Origin: an uncultured virus (IMG/VR IMGVR_UViG_2643221868_000001)
Taxonomy: Duplodnaviria > Heunggongvirae > Uroviricota > Caudoviricetes
Virus record (IMG/VR): IMGVR_UViG_2643221868_000001
Coordinates: 23,769 to 87,768 of that record
Length of the DNA: 64,000 nt
Strand: one strand, 5' to 3'
In this document: piece by piece, positions 56,394-64,000 of the stretch
Position numbering within the stretch: the first letter of the stretch is position 1
Layout: the number at the start of each line of letters is the position of its first letter
Position numbers and translations under genes: made by a program
The notes under the pieces: generated by a model
Told to the model about the DNA's origin: nothing
Database searches by the model: none
The model's input: only the letters and a program-made list of their open reading frames with translations

Positions 56394-56756
56394 ATGGAGA
56401 TCGAAGTGTCCAGCGAAAAGCCCGTCCCGTCCTTCCCGGTCCCTGATTTCGACCGCCCAACCGTCATCTTCGGCGCCGAGCATTCTGCCTATCTGACGAA
56501 GGCTCAGATGGGCGATGAGTTCTACTCAGGCCAGCACCCCATGTGCCGGGTGGCTTCCAAGCTGTTCTTCAGCGGCGGGAAGCTGGAGGATTACGGTATC
56601 CGCCTGAAGGGTGAGATCGACAGCGCCAAGGCGCATGCGGCCATTCAGGGCTTGCTCGGCAGCTTCGCTCCGAAGCACGAGATCAAGATCGGCACCGTCG
56701 GCGTAGCACTCGCCAACTGGTGCGTGCCGGTTGCCTCTTCCGAGAAGGCAGCCTGA
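56394..56756 (+). CDS. Hypothetical early protein
   Basis: First ORF after pL. Confidence 0.65.
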   Translation: MEIEVSSEKPVPSFPVPDFDRPTVIFGAEHSAYLTKAQMGDEFYSGQHPMCRVASKLFFSGGKLEDYGIRLKGEIDSAKAHAAIQGLLGSFAPKHEIKIGTVGVALANWCVPVASSEKAA

Positions 56757-57117
56757 GCCATGGGCACCTTCTCCGGAAACCTCGCCCCCTTCGCGTTTCT
56801 GCTGATCCTGCTCGGCGGCCTCGCTGTCGGCTTCCTCCTCGACAGCCTCCGCCACCATCGCGCTCGCACTGCTGACCGGCAGGCCTCCTCGTTCGTGTGG
56901 AGGGCTTGAGATGGCTGAGCGCCTCAATCTCACCGACGCGGAAGTCGAATGGCTGCGTGCCAATGCGAGCAGCAATTCGGTCGCTGATGGGCTGATCCGT
57001 CAGTACCAAATGGTCGTCGCCTGCTCTCAAGACCCCGGCGCACGCGGCGTCTTCGCTGCCATGCTGGACGACTGGCGCCGCACTCGGCCCGCTCTCGCCA
57101 AAGCGGAGGCCTGAGCC

Positions 57118-57615
57118 ATGCCGACCTTCGATCACCCCCACTTCTCCGACCGCGACATGGTAATTCAGGCCGCGCTTCGTGAGGACGCCCGCAACAACCG
57201 GGCTCCGCGGTATCGGCAGACGCCTGTCACCGGCATCGCCTCTCGCCGGGTCACGGTTCAGGAGAAGGTCGAGCAGAACGTTGCTCGCCAGATCATCGCC
57301 GGCCGGACGTGGTTCGAAGCCGTGATGCGCCGGAACGAGATGATCGCCGGCATGGCGCGCCTCAACCTCAACGGCATCGACACCAGCGCGATTGAAGTGG
57401 CGAACACCCTCGTCGCCCAGGCCGAGACGCAGCTGGCGACGGTAAACGGCATCCTCCTCGACGCTCACACCGACCTCGACATGGAGGACTTCGAAGACCT
57501 GCGCACTGCGATGCATGCCCGCTTCGACAGCCTCACCGCCCCATCCCTGGACGATCCGAACGCCGAGCATCGGCAGGTTCCGTTCGACGTCCTCTCCAAC
57601 CTTCGGAGCGCCTAA
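57118..57615 (+). CDS. Hypothetical early protein
   Basis: GGAGG RBS; coupled to the next ORF. Confidence 0.65.
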   Translation: MPTFDHPHFSDRDMVIQAALREDARNNRAPRYRQTPVTGIASRRVTVQEKVEQNVARQIIAGRTWFEAVMRRNEMIAGMARLNLNGIDTSAIEVANTLVAQAETQLATVNGILLDAHTDLDMEDFEDLRTAMHARFDSLTAPSLDDPNAEHRQVPFDVLSNLRSA

Positions 57616-57913
57616 TGTCGTTCGCTCTCAAGCCCCGCACCGGCACCAAGTGCTACCACCTGTTCCACGGCAACACGAAGATCGGCACGCTCGCGGCCCC
57701 TATCGAAGGCTCTGAGGCCGGAAGCGCCTGGGCCATTCTGATCGGAGATGCGGTTGCCGATCATGGCGCCCTGCCCGCTCCGCTCCGGCACTTCTACACG
57801 GAGTTCGCCTCCCTGGACGCGGCGCTGGCGTTCCTCGGCCTGTCTGAGGCTCCCGAGCACCCCGTCTACGTGCCGTGGTCCTATCAGGACAGCTTCGTGT
57901 CGGCGGTGGCGGC

Positions 57914-58414
57914 ATGAGCGCCCCCCTCGCCCACGATGTCCTCATCGGACAGGCCATTATCTCCGAGATCCAGGCTGCTGGCATCGACGAGGACGACTCT
58001 GACTTCGCCACGCTGGTCGAAGCCGAATGCGACGTGATGGAGCGCATGCGCCGGATCATCCGTGCGGCCCGCTACCACGAAGCGCAGAGCAAGGCGCTTG
58101 CCGAGCTTCAGGCTGAAATGCGGGAGCGCAAGGCGCGTATCGACGCCAAGGCTGAGAAGCTACGCGACGCTACCAAATGGGCGATGGGCGAGCTTGGCCT
58201 GTCGAAGCTCGCGGCACCCGATTTCAACGTCTCGCTATCGGCCGGCCGCGTTCCGCTCGTCATCACTGACGAGGCCGCCATTCCGGACGATCTCTGCCGC
58301 ACGAAACGCGAGGCCGACAAGACCGCGATCCGCGAGGCACTGGATGCCGGTCGCGACGTGCCTGGCGCCGCTTTCGGCAATCCCTCTCCGACCCTGACCG
58401 TGAGGGCGAAATGA
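57914..58414 (+). CDS. Siphovirus Gp157-like protein
   Basis: Coiled coil followed by LVITDEAAIPDD...DKTAIREAL..G.DVPGA. Confidence 0.82.
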   Translation: MSAPLAHDVLIGQAIISEIQAAGIDEDDSDFATLVEAECDVMERMRRIIRAARYHEAQSKALAELQAEMRERKARIDAKAEKLRDATKWAMGELGLSKLAAPDFNVSLSAGRVPLVITDEAAIPDDLCRTKREADKTAIREALDAGRDVPGAAFGNPSPTLTVRAK

Positions 58415-59091
58415 GCTTCACCGACACTCAGATCGGCTATCTCTCTGCCGGCCTCGACCGCAGCAAGGTCCGCTCCCGCGAGCAGGCTGGCCGCAAGCTC
58501 AGCTACGTGGAGGGCTGGTGGGCTATTGCCGAGGCCAACCGCATCTTCGGTTTCAGCGAGTGGTCTTCCGAGACCGTCGATATCCGCTGCGTCGCCGAGG
58601 CCCCGCGCAAGATCGGCAAGACCAATCCGCGCGACGGCCACGCCGTCTCCTACATCGCCCGCGTCCGTGTCGTCGTTCAGGCAGATGGATCGCCGGTTGT
58701 GCGTGAGGGTGTCGGCTCCGGTCACGGCATCGACGTGGATCTCGGCCTCGCCCATGAGAGCGCGATTAAGGAAGCCGAGACGGACGCCCGCAAGCGCGCC
58801 CTGATGACCTTCGGAAACCCGTTCGGCCTCGCCCTTTACGACAAGGAACAGACGAACGTCGTGGATGCCCCGTCAGAGGAAGACAGGGCTACCGCCGAGT
58901 ACGTCGCCAGCGTCAAGCGCCAGATCGCCGCTCACTCGGATGCTGCCACGCTGATCCCCTGGTGGAACTCTGCCGAGGAAAAGCAGGCTCGGCGCGACTT
59001 CGGCCTTTCGCGCGAAGACGTGGACGCCCTCAAGGTGATCCTCATGAAGCGCATTGAGGCCCTGTCTCCGCAGAAGGAGGCCGCGCAATGA
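58411..59091 (+). CDS. Rad52/22-family single-strand annealing protein
   Basis: LSYVEGW..IAEANRIFGF, KEAETDARKRAL and FGNPFGLALYDK motifs. Confidence 0.9.
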   Translation: MSFTDTQIGYLSAGLDRSKVRSREQAGRKLSYVEGWWAIAEANRIFGFSEWSSETVDIRCVAEAPRKIGKTNPRDGHAVSYIARVRVVVQADGSPVVREGVGSGHGIDVDLGLAHESAIKEAETDARKRALMTFGNPFGLALYDKEQTNVVDAPSEEDRATAEYVASVKRQIAAHSDAATLIPWWNSAEEKQARRDFGLSREDVDALKVILMKRIEALSPQKEAAQ

Positions 59092-59558
59092 GCGCCGTCC
59101 TCGCCTCCTACGTGAAGATGAGCACGCTCGTGGACGGCACTATGCGTGTTGTCCTCGATATCGAGCCTACCGCGGCCCCCGAGGCATTCGCCATGTTGGG
59201 CGCGCCGGGCTCACCGATTGCTCTCGCTCGGATCACCGCCGCCGCTGCGATGGCGCAAGACCGGAAAGCGCAGGCGACGGCGGATAAGAAGCCTTTGAGC
59301 CTCGCGAGCAAGGTCGCCCTGCGGTGCCAAGAGCGCGATTTCCACACCTACTTGCTGGAGACGCAGCGCGGCTTCGTCCTCGACGCTCACACGGAGTTGG
59401 ATGGCGAGGCGAGCCAAACCGACCTCAACGCCGAGGCTCTGCGCCGCGTCCTCGGCATCCAGTCCCGTCGTGAAATCGTGGATGGATCAGAGGCGGGCCG
59501 GCAATGGCTGAACCTCGAAGCCGACTACCACCACTGGCAGCGTCGGAGGGCTGCATGA
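59088..59558 (+). CDS. Hypothetical protein (recombination module)
   Basis: Coupled ORF; GIQSRRE motif. Confidence 0.65.
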   Translation: MSAVLASYVKMSTLVDGTMRVVLDIEPTAAPEAFAMLGAPGSPIALARITAAAAMAQDRKAQATADKKPLSLASKVALRCQERDFHTYLLETQRGFVLDAHTELDGEASQTDLNAEALRRVLGIQSRREIVDGSEAGRQWLNLEADYHHWQRRRAA

Positions 59559-59805
59559 CGAAGCTCAGCTTCAAACGGCGCGCGCTCCTCACGACGATTG
59601 CGTCGATGCCGCATTCTTCAACTTTTGAGGCCTTCCGGTTCGCGTTTTCCGACTACGCCGGCGGCCCAAAGTGGATGGCGAAGAAGCTCGACAGTCTGGC
59701 GAGGATGGAGAGGGCCGGGCTTATCGTCCGGGTGGGCACCTCCGATAAGGGGCAAGCGACTTGGTGCATTTCACGCAAGGGAATGAACGCCCTTGAGGTG
59801 ACGCC

Positions 59806-60285
59806 ATGAAGGCCGAGAAGCGCCGCGCCGTCCCCATGAAGCTCCAGCGGGACCTCGCTCTGAAGCTCTGCGCCGATCTTATGCGCCAGGCCGGAATGGT
59901 CCCGGTCGAGGTCACCCCGAAGTTCGAGCTCGACCACGTTCCGGCGCTGGCACTGCGCGACTTCGACCCAACGACCGGCGAACACCGCCCGCATCAGCAC
60001 GACCCCGCACACCTCGTCTGGATGACGAAGGAAGCTCACGCCGCCAAGACCTTTGGCAACGGGGCGACCACGCGCGGCGCCGACGCTGGCGAAATCGCCC
60101 ACCATCGACGGCTCTCCGCGAAGGAGATGGAGTTCCGCGCCCGGATGCTGGCGAAGGAGCACGGCACCGAGCCGCCCGAGCCGAAACGCAAGCACAAGAT
60201 CCCACGACCTCCGAAGCGGCAAGCGAAGCCGCAACGCACGGCAACCCGCCCCCTCGCCAAGCCCCTACTCGGAGCCGCCCCATGA
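59806..60285 (+). CDS. HNH-like protein
   Basis: ELDHVPALALR...HAAKTFG pattern. Confidence 0.55.
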   Translation: MKAEKRRAVPMKLQRDLALKLCADLMRQAGMVPVEVTPKFELDHVPALALRDFDPTTGEHRPHQHDPAHLVWMTKEAHAAKTFGNGATTRGADAGEIAHHRRLSAKEMEFRARMLAKEHGTEPPEPKRKHKIPRPPKRQAKPQRTATRPLAKPLLGAAP

Positions 60286-63200
60286 CCACCCCCTCCCTCA
60301 CCAACCCGAACCCGAAGCGCGATGGGGCTGCGGCCGGTTACTTCGACAGCCTGATGCAGATCGTTGCCTGGGTACGCGAAGCCCAGCAAATCCCTCAGCC
60401 TGAGAATTCCATCAGCATTGACGATGTCGACGCGGATGAGATCGAAGCCGCGGCCTATTTCATAGATCGGATTTACTCCCCCGGAGACCCGGTGCGGGCG
60501 GCGTTGGAGGAGGCCGTTGCCTTCCTCGAAATGGACGACGAGGCCAGCACCCCTGGCACGGACCTCTACACGTGGCTCACTGTCGTCGGCCGACCCCTTA
60601 GCCGCGCCGCCCTCTCCGTCTCGACACCGACAGGTGAGGGGGAGGAGCTGGAGATCATCCAGCACGTGAAGTCGAAGGGCCTCTACGAGGTAGTGACCCG
60701 CGACGCACAGGTTCAGACAGACACGCCGCTTTCCGACTATGCCTTCGTCTGCGTCTACCGCAACGCCATTACCGGAGTGACGTGGGTTCGCCCCGTCTCG
60801 GAGATGGATGACGGACGCTTCGTCACCGTGCGCGCCGTCGCCCCGACATCAGCTTCCAAAAGCTCAGGGGAGGAGGCGTGATGGCGAAGCACTCTCCGAC
60901 GCCATGGCGGATCGCCCTCTCTCCACGGCGCAAGACCCTTTGCATCCTCTCCGATGAGGCGTGGATCTGCGGCGAGCTTTTGAATGGTAACGGCGAATTC
61001 TACCATGAGGGTCGCGCCAACGCTGAGCGTATTGTTCATGCGGTCAACGTTTTTGAAGATTTGGTCAGCGCGCTGAAGGAAGCGCGAGGTGCGCTCGCTC
61101 TGACGACAACGCCGGAAGCAATCCAATCTTCGTCGGTTCAGCACGCATGGGCGCAGGCCGTTGCTGCGGAGGCTCGTGCTCGCGCCGCTCTCGCCAAAGC
61201 GGAGGCCGCATCATGACCACCCCAACACCACCGTGCCTGGGAGAGCGGGAGGCCGTGGCGCGGACGGACGAGGCCTGTTCATGCTGCGGGCTTACGATTG
61301 AGGAATGCTCTGAACGCTACATGCTCGGCATCGAAGCAAAAGAGGCATTGCAGGCCGATGCGGATCTATGGCCGGCCTTAAAGGCCAATTTCCATCTGAT
61401 GCACGCGAAAGCCTTCGAGCAGGGCTACCTCGCGGGCCGAGCTAGATTCGACCCCATCCGCACCGAGAACGAAACCCTGCGGGCCGAGATTGCAAAGGTA
61501 GGCCCGGCCACAAACGACACCCGCCCTGCTCGCTTCAGCGCTAATGGCCTGCCTCTAACCTGGGAGCCGGATAGTCCGATCTATGAATCGCCCCAGCAGG
61601 TTTACGACCGAGGAATTGCCGCCGCGCTTGCCAAGTTCCCGCTAGGCCCACCTCTACTGAAGACGGTGGCGGACAAGAACGCCCAGATTGAAACCCTGCG
61701 GGCCGAACGGGATGCGGCGATAGCCAGGGCCGAGGAGCAAGCCAACCGCATTGCGCAGATGGAGCGCTGGCTTGGCCTAACCGGCGACCCAGCCCTGCGA
61801 CCAACCATCGAGGCATCGCACGAGTTGGCCGCCCAGTTCGACGACCGGTTTCGCGCTCGCGTCCGCGAGAATTTTGCCCTCACCACACCGGAGCATCCCC
61901 ATGGCGTTTAAGGTCTTCATCTCTGGATACGGCATATATGAAGCCGAAGGCACGCGCGAAGAGGTCGAGGCGGACGCGGAAGACAAGCGCCGGTGGGAAC
62001 GTGCTCGCCGATCCCTTGTCTGGGACGCGAGCCTCAGTACGCCTCTCGATAAGATCACCGCCGAGATTGCCGAGCTTTGGTCCGCCGGCAAGGGCGTGCC
62101 GACCGAGATGCTTCAAGAGCGCAACCGCCTCATGGCTCTTGTGACGGAGCATCCCCATGGCGATTGAAGCTGAGGCGCTGCAGGCGATCCTCAAACAACA
62201 CATCAAGGTCGACGCTACCGGGCTCTCTCCGGCCGTCGCCAGCGCCTTCGTGACCGGCTTTGATGAAGCTGTGGAGGCCATCCGCTCCGCGCTAGCAGAA
62301 GACACGGCGCGCGCGGCGGAGGGGTGGGAACCGATTGAGACGGCGCCCCGGAACAAGGCGATCCAAGTCTACGTCCCCCATCTCGACTACTACGGCAACG
62401 AAGGCGTCTACGCCGGGATGCTCGTCGACATGGGGACTGGGCTTCGTTGGATGACCTTCGCGTGGGCCATGGGCCGCGACATGAACGAGGAGGTTCTTCC
62501 GACTCATTGGCGCCCCCTTCCGGCCCCTCCCGCCCTTCCGCTCACCAAGGAGGCCGCCGATGCCAACCGCTGAGACCTTGCGCGCGCTCCTTGCTCTGGT
62601 GGAGGAGGCGAAGGCTGGAAGCCGGGAGTTGGACGAGGCGATCCACGGCGCGCTGCTGCCGGACGATCCGTGGTGGCAGGCCATCGTGGAGGGGCGCCGC
62701 CTCGTCGCCGCCGGCCAGGAAGACACGAAGATCGATGCCTGCAACTGCAACCTTCGGGCCGACAGTTGGGCGACCGGCTCTCGTGTTCATGCCTACACCA
62801 CCTCCATAGACGCCGCGCTCGCGCTGGTCGCCAAGGTGCTGCCGGACACAGTGAGGCCAGCCCTCGTTCAGCTTCCATGGGGGCACTGGAGATGCTCTCT
62901 CCGTTGCGTCGAACTGGGCGAATGGCCTGCGTCTTACTACGATGCCGTCACTCTCCCCCTCGCAATCCTGGCTGCCCTTCTCCGCGCCCTCCTCCAGCAA
63001 TCGGAGACCGCCCATGTCGAGCGCTGAGACCGCCCACCCCATCGAGTGGCGGGATGACGGAGCTGGTGGGGAGACGGCTGTCCAGAATGGGGAGGCTATC
63101 GGCTCCGTCAGGACGAGCGCAATCTTAGAAGAGAAATGGGTCGCCGACATGTTCCGGCGTGACGCTCAGCTTGCCTACTTCCCCACCGCCTCTGCCGCCC

Positions 63201-63735
63201 GCTCCTTCGTCGAGAAATCCGTCAAGGAGGCCGGCCATGGGGAGTGACGTGCTCACGATCTCGCAAATCGCGATCCTGAGAGAGCTCGCTCGTCTCGGCG
63301 ACAGCGGCGGGCTGACCGGCAACCTTGCACCTCGGCTGTTCGGCCCGGTTGCAACGTCGGAACGTGTGCGCCGGCCGTGCCAGGCCATGGCTGCCCTGGG
63401 CTTCGTAAGGCGCCATCCAACCAACGACCAGCGCTGGTTCATCATTGAGTTTGGCCGCTCTGCCCTTTCGACCACGACGAAGGGAGTGGGCCATGAGTGA
63501 GGTGAAGCTGACGGAAGCGCAGCGAAAAGCTCTGGAATGGGTCGGCGAGAAGGCCCGCCGGCCGTGGGCTAAGAGGCGCAAGAACTATCCGAAAATGATC
63601 TCACTTGAGATCCTCGTCCGAGATGGTCTGGTCGAGCGGACGCGGGATTTCCCATACGACCAGTTCTCTCTGTCGGACCTCGGCCGCTCCGCTCTCGCTC
63701 TCGACAATGAGGAGGCAAGACGTGGCAAAGGCTAG
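60282..63735 (+). other. Cluster of small coupled early hypothetical genes (60282-60881, 60878-61216, 61213-61911, 61901-62167, 62157-62573 with a DUF551-like tail, 62560-63027, 63014-63247, 63237-63500, 63493-63735)
   Basis: Overlapping start/stop codons with GGAG RBSs; WEPIETAP...PTHWRPLPAPP in 62157-62573. Confidence 0.65.
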
Positions 63736-64000
63736 GAGCTCCACCGGAACGCGCGACTACCCGCTGCCGCCAGGCGTGGCCCCGATCGGCGTGTCCCGAA
63801 CCGAGGCGGCTTGGCTCGTGGGCGTCTCCCCCAACACCTACGACGTCATGGTGAAGGACGGGCGCATGCCGAAGCCTAAGCGGATCGGCTCGCGGACGAT
63901 CTGGGATCGATACGAGGTTGAGCGCGCCTTTCGCGAGCTGCCCGGCGACGATGCCGTCTCAGCATCCGACAAAGACCCGTGGGGCAACCTTGTCCTCTGA
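63722..64000 (+). CDS. Helper excisionase / AlpA-like protein
   Basis: GVSRTEAAWLVGVSPNTYDVMVKDGRMPKP...WDRYEV; implies the helper integrase lies just beyond the window. Confidence 0.8.
   Translation: MAKARSSTGTRDYPLPPGVAPIGVSRTEAAWLVGVSPNTYDVMVKDGRMPKPKRIGSRTIWDRYEVERAFRELPGDDAVSASDKDPWGNLVL

Larger units (their letters stand above)
1..64000. mobile_element. Temperate HK97/lambda-like siphoprophage (helper), extending beyond both window ends
   Basis: Ordered modules: xis-like gene, recombination, CI/Cro switch, replication (DUF1376 + DnaB), RusA, HNH-terS-terL-portal-protease-MCP, head-tail and tail genes. Integrase, tail tip and lysis genes are not in the window. Confidence 0.97.

Overview
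The window lies entirely inside a GC-rich lambdoid/HK97-type siphoprophage; an alphaproteobacterial host is inferred from protein styles. The early/recombination arm is on the + strand (55.4-64 kb). The replication, late, packaging, head and tail genes are on the - strand (55.4 kb down to the tape measure gene, which runs off at position 1). The key feature is that the prophage major capsid protein (MCP) gene is split into three pieces (39302-38275, 23093-22869, 7005-6924) by two related ~15-16 kb integrative satellites. Element A (23094-38282) is flanked by an 8-bp core CGGGCCCA at the DWAR codons; element B (7006-22882) is flanked by a 14-bp core GTGATCATGTTCTT at the KNMIT codons. Removing both restores one 1335-nt, 444-aa open MCP frame. 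Each satellite has a tyrosine integrase, IHF-like and arm-type att motifs, an AlpA/Xis gene, a replicon, an HNH gene, a copy of the helper's putative cos region, an antisense-RNA-like immunity region and defence-like cargo. Each also has its own MCP plus MCP-companion gene, and both satellite MCP genes lack the att cores; neither has a portal or large terminase. Satellites embedded in helper late genes (HE-PICIs) are a described concept. What looks unusual here is the double occupancy of one capsid gene, capsid replacement with scaffold domains stepped by exactly 18 aa (156/138/120), and a truncated tail-tip module in element A. All family calls are by eye from motifs and synteny; no database search was run.
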